A stretch of 63,197 nt of DNA, the filler included, from Nemertoderma westbladi (lineage: Eukaryota > Animalia > Xenacoelomorpha), in NCBI GenBank assembly GCA_032718475.1. It is 3 parts of 3 records of this genome, joined end to end, with 100 filler letters (N's around TTAATTAATTAA, not from the genome) between each part and the next. Parts side by side here need not be neighbours in the genome. Positions count along the whole stretch, not along the records: positions 1 to 31,670 come from JAUCBJ010006016.1; 2 more parts are not named here. One strand, given 5' to 3'. The position numbers and the translations under genes are program-made. A model generated the notes under the pieces. It did not search any database. It saw only the letters and a list, made by a program, of their open reading frames with translations, and was not told where the DNA came from. Of the stretch, positions 11,701 through 26,700 are shown one piece after another. Numbering within the stretch: the stretch's first letter is position 1; each line of letters starts with the position of its first letter.

Positions 11701-14700
11701 TGATGGGTAGGTGGTGAGGCGAGGGTGTTGGTTGAGGGGTAGTTGATGGGTAGGTGGTGTGGGGTAGTTGATGGGTAGATGGTGATGCGAGGGTGTTGGT
11801 TGAGGGGTAGTTGATGGATAGGTGGTGAGGCGAGGGTGTTGGTTGAGGGGTAGTTGATGGGTAGATGGTGATGCGAGGGTGTTGGTTGAGGGGTAGTTGA
11901 TGAATAGGTGGTGAGGCGAGGGTGTTGGTTGAGGGGTAGTTGATGGGTAGATGGTGATGCGAGGGTGTTGGTTGAGGGGTAGTTGATGAATAGGTGGTGA
12001 GGCGAGGGTGTTGGTTGAGGGGTAGTTGATGGGTAGGTGGTGAGGCGAGGGTGTTGGTTGAGGGGTAGTTGATGGATAGGTGGTGAGGCGAGGGTGTTGG
12101 TTGAGGGGTGGTTGATGGGTAGGTGGTGTGGGGTAGTTGATGGGTAGGTGGTGAGGCGAGGGTGTTGGTTGAGGGGTAGTTGATGAATAGGTGATGAGGC
12201 GAGGGTGTTGGTTGAGGGGTAGTTGATGGATAGGTGGTGAGGCGAGGGTGTTGGTTGAGGGGTAGTTGATGGGTAGGTGGTGTGGGGTAGTTGATGGGTA
12301 GGTGGTGAGGCGAGGGTGTTGGTTGAGGGGTAGTTGATGGATAGGTGGTGAGGCGAGGGTGTTGGTTGAGGGGTAGTTGATGAATAGGTGATGAGGCGAG
12401 GGTGTTGGTTGAGGGGTAGTTGATGGATAGGTGGTGAGGCGAGGGTGTTGGTTGAGGGGTAGTTGATGGGTAGGTGGTGTGGGGTAGTTGATGGGTAGGT
12501 GGTGAGGCGAGGGTGTTGGTTGAGGGGTAGTTGATGGGTAGGTGGTGTGGGGTAGTTGATGGGTAGGTGGTGAGGTGAGGGTGTTGGTTGAGGGGTAGTC
12601 GATGGATAGGTGGTTAGGCAAGGGTGTTGGTTGAGGGGTAGTTGATGGATAGGTGGTGAGGCGAGGGTGTTGGTTGAGGGGTAGTTGATGGATAGGTGGT
12701 GAGGCGAGGGTGTTGGTTGAGGGGTAGTTGATGGGTAGGTGGTGTGGGGTAGTTGATGGGTAGGTGGTGAGGCGAGGGTGTTGGTTGAGGTGTAGTTGAT
12801 GAATAGGTGGTGAGGCGAGGGTGTTGGTTGAGGGGTAGTTGATGGAGAGGTGGTGAGGCGAGGGTATTGTTTGAGGGGTAGTTGATGGGTAGGTGGTGTG
12901 GGGTAGTTGATGGGTAGGTGGTGAGACGAGCGTGTTGGTTGAGGGGTAGTTGATGAATAGGTGGTGAGGCGAGGGTGTTGGTTGAGGGGTAGTTGATGGG
13001 TAGGTGGTGTGGGGTAGTTGATGGGTAGGTGGTGAGACGAGCGTGTTGGTTGAGGGGTAGTTGATGAATAGGTGGTGAGGCGAGGGTGTTGGTTGAGGGG
13101 TAGTTGATGGATAGGTGGTGTGGGGTAGTTGATGGGTAGGTGGTGTGGGGTAGTTGATGGATAGGTGGTGAGGCGAGGGTGTTGGTTGAGGGGTAGTTGA
13201 TGGATAGGTGGTGAGGCGAGGGTGTTGGTTGAGGGGTGGTTGATGGGTAGGTGGTGTGGGGTATTTGATGGGTAGGTGGTGAGACGAGGGTGTTGGTTGA
13301 GGGGTAGTTGATGGGTAGGTGGTGAGGCGAGGGTGTTGGTTGAGGGGTAGTTGATGAATAGGTGGTGAGGCGAGGGTGTTGGTTGAGGGGTAGTTGATGG
13401 ATAGGTGGTGTGGGGTAGTTGATGGGTAGGTGGTGTGGGGTAGTTGATGGATAGGTGGTGAGGCGAGGGTGTTGGTTGAGGGGTAGTTGATGAATAGGTG
13501 GTGAGGCGAGGGTGTTGGTTGAGGGGTAGTTGATGGATAGGTGGTGTGGGGTAGTTGATGGGTAGGTGGTGTGGGGTAGTTGATGGGTAGGTGGTGTGGG
13601 GTAGTTGATGGGTAGGTGGTGAGACGAGCGTGTTGGTTGAGGGGTAGTTGATGAATAGGTGGTGAGGCGAGGGTGTTGGTTGAGGGGTAGTTGATGGATA
13701 GGTGGTGTGGGGTAGTTGATGGGTAGGTGGTGTGGGGTAGTTGATGGATAGGTGGTGAGGCGAGGGTGTTGGTTGAGGGGTAGTTGATGGATAGGTGGTG
13801 AGGCGAGGGTGTTGGTTGAGGGGTGGTTGATGGGTAGGTGGTGTGGGGTATTTGATGGGTAGGTGGTGAGACGAGGGTGTTGGTTGAGGGGTAGTTGATG
13901 GGTAGGTGGTGAGGCGAGGGTGTTGGTTGAGGGGTAGTTGATGGGTAGGTGGTGAGGCGAGGGTGTTGGTTGAGGGGTAGTTGATGGATAGGTGGTGTGG
14001 GGTAGTTGATGGGTAGGTGGTGAGGCGAGGGTGTTGGTTGAGGGGTAGTTGATGGATAGGTGGTGAGGCGAGGGTGTTGGTTGAGGGGTGGTTGATGGGT
14101 AGGTGGTGTGGGGTATTTGATGGGTAGGTGGTGAGACGAGGGTGTTGGTTGAGGGGTAGTTGATGGGTAGGTGGTGAGGCGAGGGTGTTGGTTGAGGGGT
14201 AGTTGATGGGTAGGTAGTGAGGCGAGGGTGTTGGTTGAGGGGTGGTTGATGGGTAGGTGGTGTGGGGTATTTGATGGGTAGGTGGTGAGACGAGCGTCTT
14301 GGTTGAGGGGTAGTTGATGAATAGGTGGTGAGGCGAGGGTGTTGGTTGAGGGGTAGTTGATGGGTAGGTGGTGAAGCGAGGGTGTTGGTTGAGGGGTAGT
14401 TGATGGGTAGGTGGTGAGGCGAGGGTGTTGGTTGAGGGGTAGTTGATGGATAGGTGGTGAGGCGAGGGTGTTGGTTGAGGGTTAGTTGGTGGATAGGTGG
14501 TGAGGCGAGGGTGTTGGTCGAGGGGTGGTTGATGGGTAGGTGGTGTGGGGTAGTTGATGGGTAGGTGGTGAGACGAGCGTCTTGGTTGAGGGGTAGTTGA
14601 TGAATAGGTGATGAGGCGAGGGTGTTGGTTGAGGGGTAGTTGATGGGTAGGTGGTGAGGCGAGGGTGTTGGTTGAGGGGTAGTTGATGGATAGGTGGTGA

Positions 14701-17700
14701 GGTGAGGGTGTTGGTTGAAGGGTAGTTGATGGGTAGGTGGTGTGGGGTAGTGGATGGGTAGATGGTGATGCGAGGGTGTTGGTTGAGGGATAGTTGATGG
14801 ATAGGTGATGAGGCGAGGGTGTTGGTTGAGGGGTAGTTGATGGGTAGGTGGTGAGGCGAGGGTGTTGGTTGAGGGGTAGTTGATGGATAGGTGGTGAGGT
14901 GAGGGTGTTGGTTGAAGGGTAGTTGATGGGTAGGTGGTGTGGGGTAGTTGATGGGTAGATGGTGATGCGAGGGTGTTGGTTGAGGGATAGTTGATGGATA
15001 GGTGGTGAGGCGAGGGTGTTGGTTGAGGGGTAGTTGATGGGTAGGTGGTGAGGTGAGGGTGTTGGTTGAAGGGTAGTTGATGGGTAGGTGGTGTGGGGTA
15101 GTTGATGGGTAGATGGTGATGCGAGGGTGTTGGTTGAGGGGTAGTTGATGGATAGGTGGTGAGGCGAGGGTGTTGGTAGAGGGGTGGTTGATGGGTAGGT
15201 GGTGTGGGGTAGTTGATGGGTAGATGGTGATGCGAGGGTGTTGGTTGAGGGGTAGTTGATGAATAGGTGGTGAGGCGAGGGTGTTGGTTGGGGGTAGTTG
15301 ATGGATCGGTGGTGAGGCGAGGGTGTTGGTTGAGGGGTAGTTGATGGGTAGGTGGTGAGGTGAGGGTGTTGGTTGAAGGGTAGTTGATGGATAGGTGGTG
15401 AGGCGAGGGTGTTGGTTGGGGGTAGTTGATGGATCGGTGGTGAGGCGAGGGTGTTGGTTGAGGGGTAGTTGATGGGTAGGTGGTGAGGTGAGGGTGTTGG
15501 TTGAGGGGTAGTTGATGGATAGGTGGTGAGGCGAGGGTGTTGGTTGAGGGGTAGTTGATGGGTAGGTGGTGAGGTGAGGGTGTTGGTTGAAGGGTAGTTG
15601 ATGGGTAGGTGGTGTGGGGTAGTTGATGGGTAGATGGTGATGCGAGGGTGTTGGTTGAGGGGTAGTTGATGGATAGGTGGTGAGGCGAGGGTGTTGGTTG
15701 AGGGGTAGTTGATGGGTAGGTGGTGTGGGGTAGTTGATGGGTAGATGGTGATGCGAGGGTGTTGGTTGAGGGGTAGTTGATGGATAGGTGGTGAGGCGAG
15801 GGTGTTGGTAGAGGGGTGGTTGATGGGTAGGTGGTGAGGCGAGGGTGTTGGTTGGGGGTAGTTGATGGATCGGTGGTGAGGCGAGGGTGTTGGTTGAGGG
15901 GTAGTTGATGGGTAGGTGGTGAGGTGAGGGTGTTGGTTGAGGGGTAGTTGATGGATAGGTGGTGAGGCGAGGGTGTTGGTTGAGGGGTAGTTGATGGGTA
16001 GGTGGTGAGGTGAGGGTGTTGGTTGAAGGGTAGTTGATGGGTAGGTGGTGTGGGGTAGTTGATGGGTAGATGGTGATGCGAGGGTGTTGGTTGAGGGGTA
16101 GTTGATGGATAGGTGGTGAGGCGAGGGTGTTGGTTGAGGGGTAGTTGATGGGTAGGTGGTGTGGGGTAGTTGATGGGTAGATGGTGATGCGAGGGTGTTG
16201 GTTGAGGGGTAGTTGATGGATAGGTGGTGAGGCGAGGGTGTTGGTAGAGGGGTGGTTGATGGGTAGGTGGTGTGGGGTAGTTGATGGGTAGGTGGTGAGG
16301 CGAGGGTGTTGGTTGAGGGGTAGTTGATGGATAGGTGGTGAGGCGAGGGTGTTGGTTGAAGGGTAGTTGATGGGTAGGTGGTGTGGGGTAGTTGATGGGT
16401 AGATGGTGATGCGAGGGTGTTGGTTGAGGGGTAGTTGATGGATAGGTGGTGAGGCGAGGGTGTTGGTAGAGGGGTGGTTGATGGGTAGGTGGTGTGGGGT
16501 AGTTGATGGGTAGATGGTGATGCGAGGGTGTTGGTTGAGGGGTAGTTGATGGATAGGTGGTGAGGCGAGGGTGTTGGTTGAAGGGTAGTTGATGGGTAGG
16601 TGGTGTGGGGTAGTTGATGGGTAGATGGTGATGCGAGGGTGTTGGTTGAGGGGTAGTTGATGGATAGGTGGTGAGGCGAGGGTGTTGGTAGAGGGGTGGT
16701 TGATGGGTAGGTGGTGTGGGGTTGTTGATGGATAGGTGGTGAGGCGAGGGTGTTGGTTGAGGGGTAGTTGATGGGTAGGTGGTGTGGGGTAGTTGATGGG
16801 TAGATGGTGATGCGAGGGTGTTGGTTGAGGGGTAGTTGATGGATAGGTGGTGAGGCGAGGGTGTTGGTAGAGGGGTGGTTGATGGGTAGGTGGTGTGGGG
16901 TAGTTGATGGGTAGGTGGTGAGGCGAGGGTGTTGGTTGAGGGGTAGTTGATGGGTAGGTGGTGAGGCGAGGGTGTTGGTTGAGGGGTTGTTGATGGATAG
17001 GTGGTGAGGCGAGGGTGTTGGTTGAGGGGTAGTTGATGGGTAGGTGGTGAGGCGAGGGTGTTGGTTGAGGGGTAGTTGATGGGTAGGTGGTGTGGGGTAG
17101 TTGATGGGTAGATGGTGATGCGAGGGTGTTGGTTGAGGGGTAGTTGATGAATAGGTGGTGAGGCGAGGGTGTTGGTTGAGGGATAGTTGATGGGTAGGTG
17201 GTGTGGGGTAGTTGATGGGTAGATGGTGATGCGAGGGTGTTGGGTGAGGGGTAGTTGATGGATAGGTGGTGAGGCGAGGGTGTTGGTTGAGGGGTAGTTG
17301 ATGGGTAGGTGGTGTGGGGTAGTTGATGGGTAGATGGTGATGCGAGGGTGTTGGTTGAGGGGTAGTTGATGGGTAGGTGGTGAGGCGAGGGTGTTGGTTG
17401 AGGGGTAGTTGATGGGTAGGTGGTGAGGCGAGGGTGTTGGTTGAGGGGTTGTTGATGGGTAGGTGGTGTGGGGTAGTTGATGGGTAGGTGGTGAAGCGAG
17501 GGTGTTGGTTGAGGGGTAGTTGATGGGTAGGTGGTGAGGCGAGGGTGTTGGTTGAGGGGTAGTTGATGGGTAGGTGGTGAGGCGAGGGTGTTGGTTGAGG
17601 GGTTGTTGATGGATAGGAGAGGTGAGTGATACTGTCTATAGTCCGACATGCTAGAGGTGAGTCATACTGTCTATAGTCCGACTTGTTAGAGGTGAGTCAT

Positions 17701-20700
17701 ACTGTCTATAGTCCGACATGCTAGAGGTGAGTCATACTGTCTATAGTCCGACTTGTTTGAGGTGAGTGATACTGTCTATAGTCCGACATGTTAGAGGTGA
17801 GTCATACTGTCTATAGTCCGACTTGTTAGAGGTGAGTCATACTGTCTATAGTCCGACATGTTAGAGGTGAGTCATACTGTCTATAGTCCGACTTGTTAGA
17901 GGTGAGTGATACTGTCTATAGTCCGACTTGTTAGAGGTGAGTGATACTGTCTATAGTCCGACATGCTAGAGGTGAGTCATACTGTCTATAGTCCGACTTG
18001 TTAGAGGTGAGTCATACTGTCTGTAGTCCGACATGTTAGAGGTGAGTCATACTGTCTATAGTCCGACTTGTTAGAGGTGAGTCATACTGTCTATAGTCCG
18101 ACATGTTAGAGGTGAGTGATACTGTCTATAGTCCGACATATTTACTGCCCTAGTCACCACGTTTTCTAGGTAGCAGTATATCGAGAAGAAATGATATAAA
18201 GTTAATTAAAAAACTTTTCATTTTTAGATTTGCCTTTTCCTTGAATATCACGGTGGCCTCAAGTGACCTTATACCCAATCCTGTAACCATAGCAACAGGG
18301 AAAGCACTCCAACTGGAAGTTTTACTCTACGGCAATGAATTACCTCTGAGTCTTTCTTGGTATTTTGCACCTAAAGCCACAACCAATCCCAAGCTAATTA
18401 AGGTAAATCACATAAAGATAAATGAAAAGATTCGAGACAGGGGGGGGGGGGGGGGGAACTCGACGCAAAAGCCGCCTTGGCGAATTAATATCCCGCCTCA
18501 ATGTTAAATTCTCAATTTAGGGAAAGGAGCAGGTTACAGTGGCAAGTTATTTTAACCAAAACAATAAATAAACACAATAGAACAGGTTACAGTTATTTGC
18601 GTCCAATTTTCCCCTGGAGAGGGATGAATTTTTATTGCGTCCAGTCCCCCCCCCCCCCCCCCCCCCCCATATCTGAATTATTCAATTAAAAAGGTTAAAT
18701 TAAATCAAATTAGTGTACCGTACATGATCAGTTAGTTTAATCACTTGTTATTTATATTTTAAGGAAACTGCCCTAACTAATAGAACATTTTCAGCGGATG
18801 ACACCAATAATGTTGGGACTCTATATATAGAATCGGTTACTCATGACAACTACGGTGTTTACACGTGCGTGGTCAACGTAGGCACAGTAAAACCAACGGA
18901 GATTGCGTATACAGTGCAACACCCTGTGCTAAGTGTACAACCGAAGCATATATCCCACGTGTGGAATTTTGAGAACATACAAATGCGAAACTGTAAATTA
19001 ACAGTTACAGATGAAGCAGCTGATATGAAGAAAATAAATAATAAATATAACTTCAAAGAAAACGATCGTATTGACAATGGGAAATGTAAATCAATGATGA
19101 GTCAACAACCTCGTTGCTTGGTGACAATATCAGGTATCGATGGCAACGCATTGTCTATCAACCAGGGCTTGCGCTGCCGTTCCTATATCGAGCTACTTGG
19201 TAAAGAAGCCTACTTCAGCCAGGATTGTTTGCTATTTCCTAGTTCTTGCGAGTTCGGACTATCTGTGTCCGCGTGGTTGAGATTGAGTTCTCTATCGGAG
19301 AGCAACAAACCGATCAGCCTGATAGAAAGTCATCCGTTTGGTATCTATATCGCGTGTTACGGGATGAAGTTCTACAGAAGTAGATGCGACTTTACGTTCC
19401 GGGAAGAAGAGGGAAGACTGTTTCAGACAAATTTACAGCTACCAGTAAGTTAGTAGTGATACATTATTCCTTATTAATGTAAAGAATCTGGCCAATGCGA
19501 CACAATGTTAACTTAACATATTATACCAAAATAAAATATAACAATTTGCACTAATACATCATCTTATCAAGATACTCGGATTTACACGGGTATCAAATAT
19601 AATATGATGTCAAACAATACTACTGTAATTACAACACATCAGAGTACTTCAGATACAATTTCAATATAGTATCGCAATATATATAGTGCCAATATGACAG
19701 TGTGAATATTGATTCAAAAAATTTCAAAAATATATTCCTTCGAACCGGATTCGAACCAGTGACCTATGGATTACAATTATTGCACTACAGTCCACCGCTC
19801 TACCAACTGAGCTATCGAAGGACGAGAGCGATTTTCTTCCATGTGAAACAGCTCGCTATGACACAAAATTCCATCAGTAACACACCAAACCTGCCACACA
19901 TCCCATCAGCCACATACCAAACAGCTCGTTGCCACACATTATTGCATCAGCTACATCCCAAACAGCTCTTTGCCACTCATACACAGATTCCAATCAGCAA
20001 CATTCAAAAAAAAGATCGCTGTCAAATCAAATCAGCCACATCCCAAACAGCTTTCTGTCAAACATTCATTACATTATATTATTAAAGGAGAGGAGCAGGC
20101 TATATATGCACGTTATTCTAACCAAAACAATAAACGAGAATCAAAAAACAGGGCTCCCTATAGATGGATGTCGTTGGATTGTGGCCAGAGTCCCCAAACC
20201 CCTCTTCCACCCAGTGTGGGTAATATATGCGTCGTTCAAGTTGACCAATACCGTTGATATATAATAATAAAGTACTTTTAACTTTACTGATTACTTAAAT
20301 TCATCGAGTCTGTCCGCACCGATAATATTTACAACATACTTAACGCTAATTTACGCAGATGAAGAGATGGATAAACCTAGTGATGACGTGGAGTCCGGTC
20401 CGAGAATTCGTCGTTTACATCGACGGAATTCCCGAGGGGCGCACGAGCGGCCGACAGGATTACAGACAGCCGCTACAGTATGCGCCGGAGCTCAGCGTAG
20501 GTAAACAGGTTGCCCAGCAACGAGGGACGCATATAGCCGTAGATATAGACAATGTTGTAACGTGGGAAGAGGTGGTGTTGAGTGCGGAGGAAATAGGAGC
20601 AATGTATGGAAATATGATGGGTGTGAAATATTATTGGACTGAACCTAAATCCTACCAACTCAAGGGAACATTGGGGGATAAGGCGAAAGTCTCTTGCCCA

Positions 20701-23700
20701 ATACACGTGCAATTCAGGAAGAAGCCGCTACACGGTCTGTTACGCTGGTACGCCGATGATTCTACCGAGTTTGTGGAATCGAGAGGCAGAGCAGTGACGT
20801 TGAGTCCTCCGATCGGAGGAGTGCACGGAGGCATCTATTGTGCGATATGGAACGGCAGTATGGTTATTCGTTCTAAAACATTCCATTTGCCAAAGTGGAG
20901 TCCGCTATCTGAACAACAGCTGAATCAGAATACGGAATACAATTATGGAATTAAGGAACCAATTAATATACAGTTCGAACGGGAATCGTTAGTATTTTTT
21001 CTATCTACTAGATATTTTAAATAATCACATCCGTCACATCACATCACATCCGTCACATCTATCACATCGCACTTGCCACCAAATGATTGTTCTTCATTCT
21101 TAGTAGTCTTATCCAGTTTTGAATGTTTGAAGAGGGTTAATTAGTATCGCTTTAAATAAATTACAGACCCGGTGGTAATCTATCATGCCATAACGAACTC
21201 CCCTACCATAACAGTCCCACTCAGCTAAAGGTCTGTAAATGTCGACTCGGAGAATTAGGGAGAGATTGTCAACCTTACGCCGTCATTGTGAGGGGGGAAG
21301 TACACACGTTGAACCAACACCTCCGCACCTACAAAGTAGTACCATCGAACACCAATCTAACTGAGTATTACTTGGGAAAGTTCTGGAGTCTGAGTCAGAT
21401 ACTCAAATACAATAATACAAGAGTACATCGAATACAATCCTGTGAGTAGTTAATATCATAGGTTTAATATAATTACTTAAGTCCAGACTGGTGAAATAGC
21501 ATTCGTCATTATACAGTATGTTAATATTTTTAACGTCACCGTTTGTGCTTGTTTCTTAGTCATGGTAGGTTCGAGAGCTGTTGTGCCCTGTATAGGTGAA
21601 CGCCAACACTTACAACAATCTGAGTCGTTGAGTGACATGACATACCTTTGGTACCATGGCAACGGCCATCGTAAAGATCACGTAGTCAAAATAGATCTGT
21701 TGGGAAAAATGGATAGATTTGGTGCATTAAGATTTCGAAGTATTGAAGCCAAAGATTCTGGTAGGCACTATTTAATATTATTTAAGTGTTTAAAATCAAA
21801 CAGAGCAATAGCGTTGCTACTGCATTTACCACCGTGAACATTATTCTGAGGATGCTTCGTAATTGAGAAAACAATTCATAAAATACGCCAGTGATTAGAA
21901 AAGAATGGTATTAATTCAACAAATATATTTTATCACAATAATTACAATATTAATAATATTTTAATAACTACTGTATAACAAAAGAACCATTTACCAGCAG
22001 ATGCTTCCAATTAATAGTAATAACATGGCATAAACTCAAGTTTTGTATTCCAAAAAGTTGCGTTTTCAACTTCTAGGTATTTACATTTGTGAAGTTCGGT
22101 ACTTCAATCTCAGTTACTACGGGAAGCAGAACTTTAGCGTCGCTATATTTACGGAGAAACGAATTGACATTAATTATCACCTCCAGATGATTGGCACGCT
22201 CGGTGGCACCTGCGAACCTATAAGAAGACACGTAAATAAAGCGAGATTTATTTAAATCCAAGGGTATACTACTGTAGCAGTAAAATAATGTAGGCCTAGG
22301 CACCGAGAGCAAGTAAATATTAAGCGAACAAATTAGTATCGAATTTAAAGATGTTTGAAGCTTCGAAGATAATGAAAAGTTATTAAAAATATAAAGATAG
22401 TATTGATATTTAGTTATTGAATATATACATTTACAGGTACTTTATACGCAAAATTAATTGCAGGTTAACATTGAAGTAATGTTCACAAATAACAATTTTA
22501 AATATTTTGTCAAAGCGATACGAAATAAAATCAAAATTGACTTTACAGCACTAATCGAGACAAAAAGTGCCTGTGGGTTGGTGTATTTACTATAGGTGAT
22601 ATACATAGAGTTACAATAATTTTCGGTATCAACTGTAGCTAATAAACTGAAACCAACATTTCGATTTAAATGTATTCTCCATAAAAATAAATAATTGTAT
22701 TACAAAAAATATAATTGCATTATAATAATTGTTGATACTGAGTAGTAGGCCTAGTTGGGTCTTACTGTAGTACATCAATTATTTTTACAGTATCTCGGAT
22801 TGCAAACTCGACAATTTCTAATGAAGAAATTCTGCAACGCCGGAGATTGTTCTATACTAGACATGAGGGCCAACTGTTCCGATCACAACAAAAAAGTCGT
22901 TGTCTACAGGTAAGAACAGTCTAGCAGCAGGTCACACCAAGTAAGTACCGGTACCACGCTATATGGCTCGGACATCGTATTATCGCTATACACCACAACT
23001 ACTGTACCGCGATGTACCATGTAAGCCTACATAAAGATCTAGATATACACACATACAATTTTGTCATATATATTATATAATATTATGCATTATTATTTTC
23101 TTACATTACGTAAATTCCTTTTATTGTATATTTTGGCAGCTACCACAAGCAGACAGATCCCACAATAGTTTGTTAGTATGCCGAGGTCTCCTTTCTTGGG
23201 GAGAGGCTTTAGTTGAACTTTAGTCTAAATTGGTGGTGGCTTTTCCCCTTTTAACATCCGGTTACAAACATTCAATATTGGTCTGTTTAGCACTCCGGTT
23301 TTCCATACCTCCGCTGGGATTTCATCTAATCCACTCGCTTTATTATTGGACATGCTTTTAATGCTTCTTTGGAGTTCGGCAGGTGTGAAGTCCCCTGTTT
23401 CTATAGGTAGTGTCTTGTAATATATTTTCCTTGTAGGGCTGACCTCGATGTTTGGTGGCTGCCCAAGCAAGTTGCTGAAGTGATTTTTCCACTTCCCAAC
23501 ACGTTCTTCAGGACTACCGGCTTTGAGGCCCCCCTTTGCACAAATTTTCCGACCAGATACCTCATCTACAGTTTGCCAGGTAAGTCTTGATTGTTGCTGT
23601 ATGTGAGCAGTTGTAATTGCTTCAATTTTATACTGTATGTACTTTTCCTGGCTGATGTTGTAGGCCAATTTAAGATCGTCCTTAGCTTTCTCAACCTTGT

Positions 23701-26700
23701 TAATGTTTTCGGTTGTTGGTTGTTCGGTTTTAACTTTGGAGGCTATCTTAAGATCTTCTCTCTTACAAGTAACCTCATAGTTTTGCCATGGCACATACTG
23801 TTTTCGGTTGGGTTTCTGGGGGATATGCCTCTTAGCTGATTCCTTGTGGGCTGTTATTATATTCTGGGATATTGAATCGGTGGACTGGTCTTCATCCATT
23901 GACTGAAGTGCTTCAAAGCGGTTTTGAACTTCTACTGTGTAAGCATCCTTTACAGCATTGTCAGTTCTGAGTTTCCCCAGTCATAGTTGATTTGCTTGCT
24001 TGCCCTGGGTTTGCTGGTTCTCAAACTGAGTCTGATCTCTGCAGTCACAATTATGTGGTACGAACCAATTAGGTTGAACGAGCTGTATGCCTCGCAGTTG
24101 ATCATGCTGTTTCTCCACTTTTTGTTTATAAGGATGTAATCCAGTTTTTCTTTGGTTCCATTAGGGTATTGAAAGGTCCATAGCTTCCCCTTACTCTTTT
24201 CGAATGTGTTGTTTGTTGGTATCAATTCACATTCTTCTATTAGGTCTAAAATTAAGTACCCAGTTCTGTTACAACTGGTGTTACAGTATATGTGTAACCC
24301 TTGATGTCTTCTGGGCCAATTTGCGTATTCAGGTCACCAGCAATGACTTTAACATTGTGTTTCGGGATGTCCTTAATAAGTCCAGTCAGATCTTCATACA
24401 ACTTGACTGCTTGTTCTGGCTCTGAGGCATTGGTTGGACTGTAGCAACATATAACTGTTGCCTTGGGATTCCCATCAAATGTTGCGATCATAACCCTGGA
24501 ATTTATAGATTCGATGTTGTTTAGGGTCTTAAGTGCAAATGGGCTTAGCAGAATTCCTACTCCACCAATTGATGCATTGGCCGAGTTTCTTACTGCTGAG
24601 CTTGTTACTAACGTCCATCCAATTCCAATGTCATTGTACTTCATGGCAGTGTCTTCATGACAAATCCGATGTTCTTGGATGCAGATGCCAGATGATGTCG
24701 ATGTTATATTCCATTGCCAGAGCGACTAATAAGATTTAATAGTATTTAATAGTGATTCTTTAGAATAATTAGCTAAATAATTTCGTTGAGGCATTGACAT
24801 CGTAAATTAATATTTCAGTATCAATACTATCGGCATAAGGTAAGTATATATATTACTTACAAATTGGGTCGCCTCCACGGCCGCGCCTTAAATTCTTTTA
24901 AAACACAAATTTTTCTGTTAATACCTTTTATGCCTCTCATCAACCCTCTGTGCGAAGACCCCACGTACGTGTTTCAGTGTTTCAATGCATATGGTTGATG
25001 TACAATACAGTAGTAGCTCGGTTTACTATTTATTATTAGGCTTACTGAAACGGACTTAGATCGTAAATCCACTTGTTACTTTTGGTGTTTGAATTATGAG
25101 TCCCTTGTGGTTTATACTTTCGCCATTGAGTTTTCGATCTGTATTCCGCCGACGTTAAAGCCACAAATCAGTAGTGACATTTTATGTGCAACTAATGTGG
25201 ATTCATGGATGTATTATTAGATGTTCCATCATTGTAAACAGTGCTGGTTGTGCGTAGAGTAGATCATTATTTTGTTCTTAAATATGCGTATTTATTGAGG
25301 TGAATAAATGTTATTACTGTTAGTTTGGGGCAGAATTTATTGCCTATATGTCTTAAAAAATATAAAATAATTTATCGTAATCAATATGGTGCGCATTTTT
25401 TATTGCCGGAACATTATATTTATCTCATGAGTATTATACAACACTGTTTTTCAAATAATAAGTAGATCATAAATAATTAAAATTCTAACTTGTAATAAAA
25501 TGAAATCGGTACATAAGGCCCTTTCACATCCAACGGAGCGGTAAACCGCGCGATGTATCACAGGGCCAGCGGGACACCGCTGAGTGTGTACGACCCAGCG
25601 GTATTCGAGCGGTAAATGATTTTGATCACGGCTGACTTTAAACGACCCAACAGGTAGTTGTGTGGTACACCGCACGGTTTACTGGCTGGGGACTAACGCT
25701 GGGGACTCCCTTTGTTTCTAAAATAATACTTTAATTAAATCATTATACGTAGTATAATAGATTAGTACGATAGGTTAATAAGTTTAGTTTATTAGGTTCA
25801 ACGCCAAGTGCAGATGCTAGTGTTAGAGGGTGGTTTGAATCTGAAAACTATTTTACAAAAAAAATAGTGCAGCAGTTTTCCGGTGCGGCTCATAACCCAA
25901 ACTATTAACAGAGGCGCCAAAAGTGTATTATTCGAGCGGCATATTTTTACTTTAGGTTCTTTTGGAGTCTCATAATTTATATCTAAAATCTTTATGATAA
26001 TAATTTGTTTATTATTTATTATTTATATATTATATATATATTATTATTATTTATATTTATTATTACGATTAGGCCTGAACACTGTTTGGAAGATACTTTT
26101 ATTTAATCATCCCTTCGTTGCAAAATGATATCAATTATTACGTTGCTCTCAGTAATATCTGTATGCAGCTGTGGGAAACTAATCAATGATACCAGGACCA
26201 TCATGAGAGCAACAAAAGAACTAAACGACAAATTGTTTGCCAACTATTTTCCACAGACTCGACCAATTTACAACCAGAACGAAGTTATAGATGTTCAAAT
26301 TACATTTACATTATCTCACATCGCGGACATTGACATTGTCCATTCCACAATGGTATTCTCGGCCTGGGTCGTCGCATTTTGGGAGGATGAAATCCTACAG
26401 TGGGATCCAGATGATTATCTCGGAATTAAACTGCTCACTGTTTCTCCAGAAAAGATTTGGACACCGCAGATAGTCTTGTTAGGCATGTTAGAAGTTAGGA
26501 CGGGCGATGTTGTCAACTATATTACCATCGAGTCAACTGGTGAAATTAAGTGGCATCAAAGGTGGAACATGAAATCAATCCAGAATTTAATGGCAACTTA
26601 TTTTCCCCACGATATTCAACTTGTTACCTTCAACATTTCCTCCTGTACATACAATGATAGTTTTGTTCATTTGATTTGGAGTGAAGAACTTATGTTTTCT

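Noticed and set aside
11593-17649. 342-aa and 1055-aa Pro/Thr/His-rich ORFs
   Set aside because: Translations of the C-rich strand of a satellite; unit lengths (43, 25) are not multiples of 3.
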